From the NCBI RefSeq assembly GCF_009914755.1, contig NC_060927.1: DNA of 64,000 nt. One strand, given 5' to 3'. The stretch comes from the human T2T-CHM13v2.0 reference genome, Homo sapiens. Positions 45,150 through 58,990 of this stretch are shown one piece after another (position 1 is the stretch's first letter; every line of letters begins with the position of its first letter). The position numbers were made by a program, and so were the translations under genes. The notes beneath the pieces were generated by a model, which did not search any database, was not told the origin of the DNA, and saw only the letters and a list, made by a program, of their open reading frames with translations.

Positions 45150-46760
45150 CTGGCCAATGAAATATGGGTGTTTAATTTTATAAGAAAGTGCCAAAGAGCC
45201 TTGCAAAGTGGTTTACTATTTTTCACTTTCATTAGAAATATATGAGAATTCCAGTTGCTCCACATCCTTGCCAACGCGTGGTATTGTTAGTCTTTAATTT
45301 TAGCCTTTCTGGTGAATTTAAAGTGGTATCTCATTATGATTTTACCTGATGACTAATGATATTAAGCATTTTTAAAAAATACTTTTTGGCCATTCAGATA
45401 TCTTATTTTGTGAAATAATCAATTTTGAACTACTAGAATATCCTTGCATACTGTAAGAAATTCTACTTAGTCATGGCCAATTTTAAAAGCAATTTTCTTT
45501 GTTCATTTTGCTAATATTTTATTTGGTATTTTTAACCTTTATTTATGAATGAGATTAACCTATAATTTTTCCTCCTTGCACTCCCTGTTCAGTTTTGATA
45601 TCAGGGTTATACAAACTTCATAAAATGAGTTGGGAAACCTTTCTTCTTTTTCTGTTCTTTGGGACTTTTTGATAATATAGGGGCTATCTACTTCTTGAAG
45701 GTTTGATAAAACTTAACTGTAGAACTGTCAGGGCCTGATAGTTTTATTGACTATGATTCTAATATAGTGTTCTATTTATTTTTTAGGCAATTTGATGATT
45801 TATAATTTTAATTTTAATCTCAATTTTTAACTTGATTGGCATAAGGTTTGCCATACCATTTCCTTTTGATTTTTAAACATCTAGGGAATCTATAGTTAGG
45901 TACTTAAAAAAATTTAATATTATTTTTTGTGCTTTCTCTTTTTTTTCTTTTGATCAGTCTTGCCAGAGGTTTGTCTATTTTATTGCTCTTTATCTTTTTC
46001 CATTTGTTGTCAATTTTATTAATTTCTTCTCTTATTTATTACTATTAATTTATTATTTCTGTCATTCTACTCTTTGATTTTTTTACTTGTTTCTTCTCCT
46101 AACTTCTTGTGATAGAACCTCAATTTACCTTACAATTTTCTTCCTTTATAAAATATGCTTTTGCTATGGTTTGAATATATGCATCTCCTCCAAAATTCAT
46201 TTTGAAACTTAATCCCCAATGCGACAATATTGGCCTTTAGGAGGTGACTGAATCATAAAGGCTCTGCCCTCGTGAATGGGATTAGGTGCCTTTGTAAAAG
46301 GGCTTGATGGAGTGAGTTTGCCCTTTTTTTCATGCTTTCCATCTCTTCCACCATGTGAAGACACAGTGTTCATCTCCTGCAGAGGATGTAGAAACAAGGT
46401 GTCATCTTGGAAGTGGAGATGGAGCTCTCATCAGACATCAAACCTACCGGGGCCTTGTCTTCTTTATAAATTACCCAGTCTCAGGTATTTTGTTGTAGCA
46501 GCACAAGTGGACCAAGACAGCTTTCAAGACCAGAAATTTTCGAATATAAGTATCTCTTTAGGTATATTTCATGAATTTTGATATGTAGCTTTTCTGTTGT
46601 TCAATTCTTAAATGTTTTATATTTTGTTGCGACTCATTCTTTGTTTCATGAGTTATTTAAAACCATCTTTTATAAATTTCCAAATTCATGGGTCTTTTTG
46701 GGGTGAGATAATATTTTTCTTAATGAGTTCCTATCTTATTGCATTGCAGTCAGAACACTT
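45150..46760 (-). mobile_element. Fragmented L1ME-type element
   Basis: gagaattccagttgctccacatccttgccaac...gtggtatctcatt, with T-rich ORF2 remnants. Confidence 0.65.
46162..46519 (+). mobile_element. MST (MSTC/D-like) solo LTR
   Basis: tgctatggtttgaat...ttgttgtagcagcacaagtggaccaagaca, with approximate gcttt TSD. Confidence 0.85.
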
Positions 46761-49162
46761 GCTCTGAGTTGGTTGGTTTGGATGTCACAGGCATCAGCCT
46801 TTGACTCTTGGACCTAAACACTTTGAAATCAGCACTAATGAGATCAAAAAGGATGACGAGACCAGACAGAGTTAGTTAATGAAACCCCACAGAGGAAGAG
46901 TTTTCTGTGATGTTAATTTGGTAGTGAACATGGACTTTGTCCCATGGGACCGAATTTCCCATGGAGATTTGTTTGAAGTCCCTGGTTTCCTGGGTAGTAC
47001 TCTTCAGGGATGCAGGCAATTGTGACCCCCACAGTCTGAGTAACTGAATATTAAAGTGGAAGTTTTAGCTGAGACTCAAAGACAATGGTTGAAGATAACA
47101 CAGCAAGGGGCTGGACCATAATGCAAATTTGCAGAGAAAATATTTAAAAACTGATTTTATGTCTCTTAAACATGCGTTTATCTTAGGGGGAACAGCAGTT
47201 GTGTTTTTGGAGATTAGAGAGAATTTGTGAAGGGAATTTTTTTTGGAGAGAGTTTCATGGTGAGCAGTCCCCATCCTCAACATGAAGGGGTGAGTTGTGC
47301 CTGACTTCATCTCAAGCCTAGGGAGGGGCACTTTAATGGGTCTACTCAAAGTGCTTATATGATCCCTACAGAATAAAGCACACAATGGTCTGGTGTCTGA
47401 CTCCTCTGACTCCCACTGGGTAAGTCTTAAAAGAGTAAGAGATGGGTTGGCTAACTGCTGGTGGATGATTCAGAGGTGTGGTGTCTGTGCTGGGATCACC
47501 CTGTGCAAGGAAATGGGGCATGAGTGTTTCCTAAGGACTGGATACTTGCATGTGCATGAAAGAGCTGAGTCCCAACCTGTAGGGGCTTCTGGTCAATGAA
47601 ACCTGGTTGGCAAAAACTGGAGGTGAACTGGCTAGGGGCTGTGGACATAGGAGAGTGAGCAACTGGACTAGAGATGGGTTTGCCTGGGTCAAGAAAACTG
47701 CAGATGGGAAATCAATAGCAATGGAAATATCTGAATAACTTGTGAAAGTGCTTCACAAGAGAAGCAGGGTGGGATAGTGCCATCCAGGATTAACAACTGA
47801 GCTTAGGCTAGTACAAGTCAAGTAAGAACTTTCCTGCTTCCCTCACTCCTTTCTCTCCCTGAGCCCCAGTCCTAGAACGTCAGAAACAGCAGATGGGGAA
47901 TGAGAGAGAAGGTGAGCCAGAAAGATGGAAGTCAATTACACTTCTTCCCAGGTAGTAAGCCATTGCTGGGGACGGGCAGTAGCTGTAACTTTGAGTGAAG
48001 TTAGAAGCATTGACTATTACGTGGGACTGGACATTCTAGCTGCCCTGTTGAAACTGTGCCTGTAAGAGTTTTTCCCGTAAGTGATCAGAGTAGTCATGGA
48101 AGCAACTGGAGTTTTACACTGGGTAAGAGTTCTTACTTTACTGAGTAAATTTTAAAAGAATACAGAAAGACAAAATAGGAATGCTCTGTGACTGCATTCC
48201 ATGAATTGTGCTTCTTCTGTGTATTGATTTTATCCAATATAAAATGGAATTCTTGAGTCACTCAGAAAATTATTGCTTTATGGGGCTTCATTGTGAAGAA
48301 GGTGATGACCAAGGAAAATGATGTGGCAGCAGGTAATGTATTGGTCTTGGCACATTCTCTTTCATGCTCATCCTTAGAGGGGTAAACTTTGGGGCATCTG
48401 TCTTTTGTTTTTTTAACAGGGATTTTTTGTTTTTTATTTTTATATTTTATAGATTTAGGGCTACAAGTGCAGTCTATATTTTATAGATTTAGGAGAACAA
48501 GTGTGCAATTTTGTTACTTAGTTATATTGTGTAGTGGCGAAGTCTGGGCTTTTAGTGTAACCACCAGCCGAATAGTGTACATTGTGCCCAGTTTCTCATC
48601 CCTTACCTCTCTTTCATTATCCCATCTTTCTGAGTCTCCAGTGTCTATTATTCCTCTCTGTATGTCCATGTGTGCACATTATTTAGCTCCCACTTATAAG
48701 TGAGAACATGTGGTATTTGACTTTCTGTTATGAGTTATTTCACTTAAGCAAATGGCCTCTGGTTCCATCTATGTTGCTACAAAAGACTCGATTTCATTCT
48801 TTTTTATGGCTGAGTAATAGTCTATGAGTAGTATCCACTCATCCATTGTTAGTTGATTCCATATCTTTGCCATTGTGAATAGTGCTGTGATAAACATACA
48901 AGTGCAGTTATCTTTTTGATATAATGATTTCTCTTCCTTTGGATAGATAGCTAGTAGTGGGATTGCTGGATTGAGTGGTAGTTCTACTTTTAGTTCTTTT
49001 TGACATCTCTGTACTGTTTTCCATAAATGTGGTACTAATTTACATTTCCACCAACAGTGGATAAACATTCCCTTTTCTCTGCATCTTTGCCAACATCTGT
49101 TATTTTTAGACTTTTTAATAGTAGCCATTCTGACTGGTGTAAGATGATATCTCATTGTCATG

Positions 49163-49378
49163 TTTCTTTTTTTTTTTTTTTTTTGAGACAGAGTCTTGCT
49201 CTGTTGTCCAGGCTGGATTGTGGAGTGCAGTGGTGTCATCTCAGCTCACTGCAACCTCTGCCTCCTGGGTTGAAGAGATCCTCATGCCTCAGCTTCCTGA
49301 GTAGCTGGGATTACAGGCACGTGCCACTATGCCCAGATATATATTTTGTACCTTTAGTAGAGACAGGGTTTTCCATGT
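49163..49378 (-). mobile_element. Alu (J/S), left arm cut at a rearrangement junction
   Basis: Poly-T plus right arm and linker; the sequence stops at gggttttccatgt. Confidence 0.85.
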
Positions 49379-49569
49379 ATGATAAACCCACAGCCAACGT
49401 CATACTGAATGGGGAAAAACTGAAAGCATTCACCCTAACAACTAGAACAAGACATGATGCCTACCTTCACCCTTCTTAAATAACACAGTACTGTAAGTCC
49501 TAGCCAGAGAAATCAGGCAAAAGAAAGAAATAAAAGGAATCTAAGTTGGAAAAGAGGAAGTCAAATTAT
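49373..49569 (+). mobile_element. Inverted L1 ORF2 RT segment
   Basis: The + strand encodes MYDKPTANVILNGEKLKAF... and ...gaaaagaggaagtcaaattat (KEEVKL), while flanking L1 is on the - strand. Confidence 0.85.
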
Positions 49570-50895
49570 GGTGCTGAGCTTTTATCTGTTGGGAGATTTT
49601 TTTTATTACTGAATCAGTGTTGCTACTCATTATTATGATTATTATTTTTTACGATTTCTATTTCTTCCTGGTTTAATGTTGAAAGGTTGTATGTTTCCAG
49701 GAATTTATCCATTTCCTGTAGGTTTTCTAGTTTGTGAGCATAGAGATGTTCATAGTAGTCTTTGATTATCTTTTGTATTTCTGTTATCAGTTGTAATGTC
49801 TCTTTTTTCATTTCTGATTGTGCTTATTTGAATCTTCTCTCTTCTTGATTAGCAGGTGAGAAGTCTATTAATTTTGTTTATCTTTTCAAAGAACAAACTT
49901 TTTGTTTCATTGATCACTTGTATTCTTTTTGGGGGCTCAATTTTATGTGGTTCTTCTCTGATCTTTGTTATTTCTTTTCTTCTGTGGCTTTGGGTTTTTT
50001 TTTTCTTGTTTTTCTAGTTCCTTGAGGTGTGATGTTGTTAACTTGTGATCTTTCTATCTTTTTGACATAGGCATTTAATGTTATAAACTTTCATCTTAGC
50101 ACCGTTTTTGCTGTATCTTCAAGGTTTTACTATGTTGTGTCCCTCATTTTCATTCATTTCAAAACAATTTTTAAATTTCCATCTTAATTTTATCATTGAC
50201 CCAAAGATCGTAGTAGGTTGTTTAGTATCCATGTTTCTGTATAATGTCTAGAGTTCCTCTTGGAATTGATTCTAGTTTTGTTCAAAAGTGGTCTGAGAAG
50301 ATACTTGATAAGATTTCAACTTTTAAAAATTTACTGAGACTTGTTTGTAGCCTAACATGGTCTGTCTTGGAGAATGTTCCATGCACTGATAAGAAGAATG
50401 TATGTTCTGTGGTTGTTGGCAAGAACGTTCTGCAAATGTCTGTTAGGTCCATGTGGTCTACAATTCAATCTATGTTCAGTGTTTCTTTGTCGCTTCTGTG
50501 TCTTAACTATTTGTCCGTCAGTGGGATATGGAAGTCCCCAACTACTATTGTGTTGCTGTCTACTTCTTTTTTTCAAGTCTGTTATATTTGTTTTATGAAT
50601 CTGGGTGCTGCAGTGCTGGATGGATATGTATTTAGGATGGCTATATCTTGTTGCATTGACCCATTTATCATTATATAATAACCTTCTTTTTATTTTTTTT
50701 TTTACTTTTGTTGATTTAAAATCTGTTTTGTTTGATATAAGTTTAGCTACTCCTACTTGCTTTTGGTTTCTGTTTGCCTGGAATATCTTTCTCTTTCCCT
50801 TTACCTTCAGTCTATTAGTGTCTTTCCCAGTTAAGTGGGTTTCTTATAAGCAGCATATGGTTATATAAACATCCATTCAACCAATCTGTATCTTT

Positions 50896-51212
50896 TTTTT
50901 CTTTTTCTTTTCTTTTTCTTTTTTTTTTGATGGAGTTTCACTCTTATAGCCCAGGCTGGAGTGCAGTGGCAGTGATCTCGGCTCACTGCAACATCCACCT
51001 CCCAGGTTGAAGTGATTCTCCTGCCTCAGCCTCCCAAGTGGCTGTAATTACAGGTGCCTGCCACCACGCCTGGCTAATTTTTTTGTATTTTTAGTAGAGA
51101 TGGGGTTTCACCATGTTGTCCAGGCTGGTCTTGAACTCCCGACCTCAGGTGATCTGCCCACCTCGGCCTCCCAAAGTACTGGGATTACAGGCGTGAACCA
51201 CTGCACCCGGCC
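50896..51212 (-). mobile_element. AluSq/Sx
   Basis: Full dimer. TSD caatctgtatcttt at 50882-50895 and 51213-51226, followed by aa. Confidence 0.93.
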
Positions 51213-51679
51213 CAATCTGTATCTTTAAGTGGAGCATTTAATCCATTTATGTTCAAGGTTAATATTGATATGTGAGGTTTTGTTTCTGTCATGGTGCTGT
51301 TATCTAGTTGCTTTGCAGTCTCATTTGTGTAATTGTTTTATAAGACCTCTGAGTTTTACATCTGCATGTATAGATCTGTTGCAGATTATAGAAGTTTTCC
51401 TCAATTGTTTCTTCAAATAGGTTTCCCAAACTTCTTGTGTTTTCTTCTCCCTCGGGAATACCCATTGTTCATAGATTCAGACATTCTATGTAGTCTCATT
51501 CTTCTTGAATAAATTGTTAATTAAAAAAATTCTTAAAATTGTTGTCTGACTGGATTAAAAATTAAAAGCAGGAGATTCTTTCTTCTGCTTGATCTAGTCT
51601 ATTGTTGAAGCTTTCAACTGTATTTTGTAATTATTTCAACGAACGTTTCATTTCCAGAAATTCTGTTAGGTTTTTTCTT

Positions 51680-51960
51680 TTTTCTTTTTTGAGACAGAGT
51701 CTCGCTCTGTCACCCAGGCTGGAGTGCAGTGGCATAGTCTCGGCTCGCTGCCAGCTCTGCCACCCGGGTTCACACCTCAGCCTCCCGAGTAGCTGGGACT
51801 ACAGGGGCCCGCCACCACGCCCGGCTAATTTTTTGTATTTTTAGTAGAGACAGGGTTTCACCGTGTTAGTCAGGATGGTCTCGATCTCCGGACCTCGTGA
51901 TCTGCCTGCCTCCACCTCCCAAAATGCTGGGATTACAGGCTTGAGCCACTGTGCCCAGCC
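51680..51960 (-). mobile_element. AluY/Sc-like
   Basis: gtgttagtcaggatggtctcgatctcc...cctcgtgatc. TSD aggttttttctt. Confidence 0.9.
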
Positions 51961-52538
51961 AGGTTTTTTCTTAAACATATCCATCTCTTTGGTAAATTCC
52001 TGATTCATATCCTGAATTGATTTTCTGATATTGGTTTTCAGATTTCTCCTATATGGCATTGAGCTTCTTTAACATCAATATTTTGAATTCTTTATCTGGT
52101 ATTTCAAAGATTTCACTTTGGTTAGGATTCATTGCTGGAGAGTTAGTGTGATTGTTTTGGGGTGTAATAACACCCTGCTTTTTCATGCTTCCAAAATTGT
52201 TGTGCTGGTTTCTTCTCATCTGGGGGAATTGTCACTTCTTAATTTTGAATTTACTTTCATTTGGATGGAACTTATTTTTTCCCCTTAAGAATGCAACTAT
52301 AATATATGTTGAGTAGGGTTGTTAGGCTTTGCTTCTGAGTGCTTTCAGTGGCAGAGACTCTGTATGAATTCCTTGGTTATAGATATCCTTAGTGTGGTGG
52401 TTTTCTTAAATGTTGGTTGTAGTACTAGTGTTGTGTTGGGTATGTGTGCAGGCTCATACCTGGGGTGGCAGAGGTCTTGAGAACCATGTCATGTTCTCAA
52501 GCGTTGTGTACTTGTGTCAGCAGATTTTGTGCTGAGAT

Positions 52539-52573
52539 GTGCAGATCAACATCGCTGCCAGTAGGTGGTGCTT
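52539..52573 (+). promoter_or_regulatory. Candidate CTCF site with upstream TGCAG motif, in the L1 5' region
   Basis: gtgcagatcaacatcgctgccagtaggtggtgct. Confidence 0.45.
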
Positions 52574-52885
52574 GCAGGTAAGAGCCAGTTGTGGTGGTAG
52601 CATTGGGGTTTTTATGCTTGATCTTTTAAAAATAGGAGAAGCTCTCAGTGCCTCAGGCAATAGGTTGGTCTGTAGAAAGCATAGTGGCCTGGCCTCCACA
52701 TTCAGCCCCTAAGAGAAGGGCAAAGCTGGGCAGAGCCCAAACAGGCAAGCTGCCCTCAGGACCCCTAAAGGCAGTCACAAGCACCAGCTCTGACAGGGGT
52801 CTGAGGGTAGTGGGGCATCTTAATAAAAATATTTCTATGTTATCCTAAGGCCACATGGAGAGCCAGGTTCACTAGACCATGGCTG

Positions 52886-53296
<411 letters not shown>

Positions 53297-53409
53297 TGAA
53301 AAATCCTTATCATGCTAATCACTGCATGGACCCTCTCCCTTGTGTGCTTGTGTATATATGTCTATCACTGCACTCACTATGTCACATTATAGTTATATGC
53401 TTATGTACC

Positions 53410-53801
53410 TTGTTAGTCTGCTTGGGCTGCCATAACAGAATACCACAGACTAGGTAGCTTAAACAACAGAAATCTATTTTCTCACAGTTCTGGAGGCTAG
53501 CAGTCCAAGATCACGGGCACAGCAAGATCAAGGGGCCTCTAGTGAGGCCTCTCTTTTGCTTGAAAGATGGCTGTATTCTTGCTGTGTCCTTGCACGACCT
53601 TTCCTTTGCGTGCACACATGGTGGGAGAGAGAACTCTGGTGTCTCTCCTTCTTCTTATATGGAGATCAGCCCAATTGGATTAGGGCCTCACACTTATGAC
53701 TTATTTAATCTTAATTACTTCCTTAAATCCCTATCTCCAAGTACAGCCATACTGAACATATGAATACATAAGAATTTGGGGGACCAATACAATATATAAC
53801 A
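53410..53801 (-). mobile_element. MLT1A-type MaLR LTR
   Basis: ttagtctgcttgggctgccataacagaataccacagactagg...ggattagggcc. Confidence 0.82.
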
Positions 53802-53994
53802 TGCACTGTTCACTACCATCAGACTGTGAGCTCCTTGAAGACAGAGCTACATTTTTGTATTGCCAGTGCTTAACACGTAGTTGGTACTTAATGTTTTTAT
53901 GTTTGTTGGCCTAATGTCTAGACTTTGTTTTGCCCTCTGTACAACTATCCTTTTCTGATATCCTTGGACCTGTCATGGACAAGTGTGTACATCA

Positions 53995-54396
53995 AGTGTA
54001 GTAGAAATCACTTCTGCTCACCAAATATCTCTGGCTCCTTACTTTCTGTGAACCTGTTAGTATTGCATTTCTTGGGCCCTTGTGATTGTAGGGGCCTTGG
54101 ATTAATACTGAACAATGAGTTGTCAGTGGATGTGATAGGAGTCACTTCTAAACTGGAGCATTTATCGATGGTGGGAGACCTTCTAAGTTCTCTTACCTTC
54201 TGTCATAGTGGCCAGCAATGTTCCTGATAGAGGCTGCTTCATCATCCTGCATCCTAGAGTGAAAGAGACATGAAGCAAACTTCACAGCCCACTGTGGTGA
54301 GCATTTAGTCAAGTCAGACATGTGCTATTGTCTTGAGCTGAGATTTTTGGGGTTCTTTTCTACTATAGCATAAACTAGCCCATTCTAATCAATACA
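53995..54396 (+). mobile_element. MLT1H-like MaLR LTR
   Basis: Ends ctatagcataaactagcccattctaatcaataca. Confidence 0.6.
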
Positions 54397-54964
54397 TTGT
54401 CTTACCCCTTTTAGTTCCCTGTACCATCCAAATAGTAAAAGAGTACAGCTAGCCAACTTTATGTAATGTTTTATTCAAAGGAGAAGGCCTCCCTATCTCA
54501 AACTTTCTATCTGTTGAAATCTCACTCTTAAGCTTAGGTTAATTCCTCCTCCATAAAGCATTCCTCTGCCATACCCAGTTGGAATCTGTTTTTCCCTCTT
54601 TAGGGTCTCATGTGACTTTCCACTGTAACCTCATTCGTACTTGAAACGCAATCGTTTGTGTAATAGTCTGTTTCCCCTACAATACTGCAAGCTCTAGTCA
54701 ATTAGAATTCTAATCCACAGCAGTAATTTGCTTAGGGATGACCGTGTGATTCAGATCAGACCAATTATATTCTTATATAGAATGTTACACATCTGAAATA
54801 GATTATTACATGTATTATACATGTGTCTTTCCTCACAGCAACTGGCATACTTGATAAATGATGGTTTAACTGAATTGAAGCTTTCCCTCTACACCCTTCA
54901 CCACGTTTATTGTCTCCTTGGAGATATATAGTACTGGTGGTGGGTATTCCAGCTTCCTGAACTG

Positions 54965-55180
54965 AAAAGAGCAAGAGATTTGGATTCATACAGATATAGG
55001 TTTTAATTTTTAGATCTGGCATGTACTAGCTATGTAGCCTTGGGCAAGTCACTTATCCTATATGAGTATTGGTGTCCTCATTTGTAAAATGGGGATAATT
55101 CTTATAGGTTTGTCAGGAAAATCAGATGACGTGTGCCAAACACCAGCAGTCTCTGGCATAGTGCGGGTGTCAGTGCTAAC
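54965..55180 (+). mobile_element. MIR SINE
   Basis: ccttgggcaagtcactt...cctcatttgtaaaatggggataat. Confidence 0.75.
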
Positions 55181-55549
55181 TCCTTTCCTTCTTTAATCAG
55201 TGCATTTCGGAAGGCAGGGTTGGAAGCAGAGAGAAGGTGATACTGGAAGATTGTTGAGGAGACGTTCTGGAACACCTTGTCTTTGCAATTTCCTTTCAGA
55301 AGACGTCTGATGATCCTGTAGAATCCCTTTTCATTTTTTTCTGTATTTTAAGGCAGCATCAAAGCTCACTCCTGAGCCCATTAGTGAAGGTTAATGCATG
55401 ACAGTAAGATATTTAGGTGAATTGCATGGAACGTCTTCAAAAAGGTGGTTTATTGTTATTTCAATAGAACATTTCAGTCAGAAAATTCCTGGATGTGGGA
55501 TCTTTCTTGTCCTCATAAATTTATCTTTGCAAGTAGCAGAAAAGGCCCT

Positions 55550-56140
55550 TGTATTAGTCAGTAGCCTTTAAGTTATGGTGGGGGTGGTGGGGGGACCGGA
55601 GTCAAATTGGCTTAGGCAGGGGAATTTATTGGCCCATTTAACTGAGAAGTCCAGGGATAGCTCTGGATTTGAGCTCAGTTGTATCTATGTGACCAATAAC
55701 TGTCAACAGAACTTCTTTGATGCAGTTTCTTAGCTTTGCTTCTTTTCTCTCTTGATTTCATTCTTTTCTTTCCCATAACAGACTAGCTTTTCCCTTCTTA
55801 GGTAAGGAAGATGGGTGCTGGATCTTACAATCTTACTCCCTCCCAGTATTATGACCCAAAAGGCAAGAATTATTTCTTACAAGCTCTACCAGAAAAGTCC
55901 TAGCAAAGAATCTAACTGGTCTGATCCAAGTCACATGATCATCTCTGAAGAAATCACTGCTATGGTTTGGGGGGGTGCGTGGGAATTCAGATTGATCAGA
56001 CTGGGTTTCAAGCCCATGCTTGTGGTGGTTGGCGAGAAGGAGGAGGAAGGAGGAAGTACCCTGTAATAGCCCCTCAGGTCCACATAGACTAGGGAAGAGG
56101 TGTCTCCAGAGAAAGAAACTGTCCAGGCAAATAAAACAGG
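55550..56140 (-). mobile_element. MLT1K/L-like LTR
   Basis: tgtattagtcag...ggaatttattggcccatttaactgagaagtccagggatagctctgg. Confidence 0.55.
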
Positions 56141-56840
56141 ATGCTTTATTACACAGAACTTTTCTATGTTCACAGTCGTTGACCTGTTTTATTAGTATTT
56201 TTTTTTTTTCTAGAGGACTCTTTCATTAAGTGTTTTCTTACAGGTAATACATTTTCTACCAACTGATTTCCACTGTTGTCTTCTACTTGGAATTTACTGA
56301 TCTTTTAATTGGAATTAAAGAGCCTCCTAACCTTTCCCCAATATTTAAGTTCTAGTGTTGATCACCCAGTGGATTCCTTGGGAATGTGTCTGTAAGGAAA
56401 AAATGTAGATAAAACATCATCAGAACTCTGTGGATCATTAGTTGCTCATCTTTTAAACATTTTCTCCAGGGTTGAAAAAGCATGTTAAATAGAGCCTTAG
56501 GCTTTGCACAGGTAGTGAAGAGACAAACGGTGGTCCTTCTGGGGAGCCCGTGGAAGAGCCTGTGACTTTTAAAACATGATCTTGTGCCTTGGCAACCAAG
56601 CAGGAGGACCAAGAAGAATATATCCCGCTCTATAATGTAAACTTGGTGAGACTCGAATCTTATATTTGTTGTCGTGAATCAGATTTGGTGTTGCATGTTG
56701 CATAGCATGACCAGAAACTCAGGTGTGCCCAAATCCTGCCCTGACAACCACCCCTATTCCTCAGGACAGCACAAGTGGCTGATGTGCCCAGGTAGGGTTC
56801 TCCAGAAATGGTTGGGTTGAAGCATATTGCATGGACCTGA

Positions 56841-57147
<307 letters not shown>

Positions 57148-58759
57148 TAAGTAGTTTTTCTAAACTCTTCCAAAAACCAAGAGTTTGAAAATTTTCCTAC
57201 TGTCTGGCCACATGCAACAATAAAATTGAAGAGGTGCTGAGAGATTGATACGGTCAGATCTGCAGAGCAGGCTGGGATGTAACTTCCTCCTCTAGCTGCT
57301 TAGGCGGGGGAAAAAGAGAAAAGAGAAGCTACAGGACTCCTTTTGGACACTGACAAAGTTTCTGATTCTTCTGCATTAAGAGGAGGAGGACTCTCAGCTA
57401 AGTGAGTGCAGTTCTTTAAGGCTTAATGGACCCACTCATGGGAATTACAGCTTAATCAATGTTCTGGACTCTGATCAGATTACTACCCTTTCCTTTGAGG
57501 GGAACGGGTAATGGGTAATTCTGCCCCACAAAGGCAGAATTAGGTCTGGCATGGGAGAAGGATTTGAAGTGATCCTTCCCCAGTATTTTATTTTGTTCCA
57601 TCTTCTGGCCTAATTAAAAAATCTGAAAACATTGGCCTGTTAGTCATCTCAAACCAGTAAAAATTTACCCATGAAATCTACCCACTGTTATTGTTGATGA
57701 GAATATGACATATATACAAAAGAAGATGGTGAGCAAATTCAAACACTTTATCTCATACAGTCATTTCTGCAATGATGTGATATGGACATTCTTGTAAAAC
57801 CCCACATTATACAAAATCACACACTGGAAATAACAGGGATTGTAGGAAGATAGGGTGAGAAACCTGTTCACTCAGAATGTATGCAACCTCCTCATCAGTT
57901 AAAAACCAACTGCAATCCTAGTAAAAAATATTGGCACAGTAAAAAAAAAAAAAATCCATGTTAAATCCCTAATAGATGAAAAAATCTGAACTTCACCTCA
58001 AAAAAAAAAAAAAAAAAAGCATGGATAAGGAAGTGTTGAGGCTGATGAGTTGCACAGACAAGGGTAAAATAAAGACTGGGTGGAACCACACATTAGGCAC
58101 ATCTGAGACAGAGCATGTGGTCTAACCAGACTAGGAGGAAGAACACTGGATGATGGGCATCATGTACAATACCATATTCCTTCACGGCTTGCTGCATTTT
58201 CTGTAAAACATTAAAATGTTGGCAAAAATTGTACATGAACTAACATGACTTCTGTGTTAAAGTAACATTGTTTCTTTATTTCCCAGTCATGTATGAACTA
58301 ATTTGCATTACAGAAACATGAGTTGTAGAAGAAGAGATTGTATATTTCTGAGGCATATGCTAACAAATATTTCATAGTTATTTTGAGTTTCATCTATAAA
58401 ATGGAAGTAAGTCATTTGCCTCAGCTTTATTAAATGAAATCATGCATGTGGAAGCTTAAGTACCTGATAAATGGTCATGCAGGTATTTGATAATGAATCT
58501 TATAATTGTATATTCTTTTTCCACTTACTTGCCTACCAGCTTCGGGAAAGTTACTTAAACATTCTGTGCCCCAGTTTCCTCATCTGTAAAATGAGCATAA
58601 TATTAATGTTTACCTCATACGATCTTTTTTTGGGGGGGGGTTTAGTCCCACTTTCTTCATCCTCCATACATTTTGTAATCTGCAGCTCTCAGTCTCTTTT
58701 CTCCTTGTGCAAAAATAGAAACTGTCTTTTATCATGCACAGTTGAGTTTCCTCAATTTT

Positions 58760-58990
58760 TATTTAATCCATCAAATACTTACATACACTGCTTACTAGGT
58801 TCTGGGCACGTTCTAAGCACAAATATTAACTCATTTAATTCTATGAGATAGGTGTATCATTATCTCCATGTTATAAATGAGGAGGAGACTAAAGGACAGA
58901 GGGGTTAGGGCACTTACCCAAGGCACCCAGCTTGTGAGTGACATGAATGAGACTGAATCCAGGTCTATCTTTTGCCCAGGATGGTGATCC
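58760..58990 (-). mobile_element. MIR SINE (more MIR fragments at ~58380-58620)
   Basis: actcatttaattctatgagataggtgtatcattatctccatgttataaatgaggag. Confidence 0.7.

Larger units (their letters stand above)
48430..52860 (-). mobile_element. Large rearranged L1PB-like element (3' UTR, ORF2 remnants, ORF1/5' region)
   Basis: ORFs 48769-49239 and 49623-49811 give decayed ORF2 peptides. Three nested Alus and an internal inversion. Confidence 0.8.

Noticed and set aside
47040-48200. Possible ancient Gypsy/ERVL-like LTR remnants (also ~28350-28800 and ~34850-35320)
   Set aside because: The resemblance is too weak to assign a family or boundaries without an HMM search.
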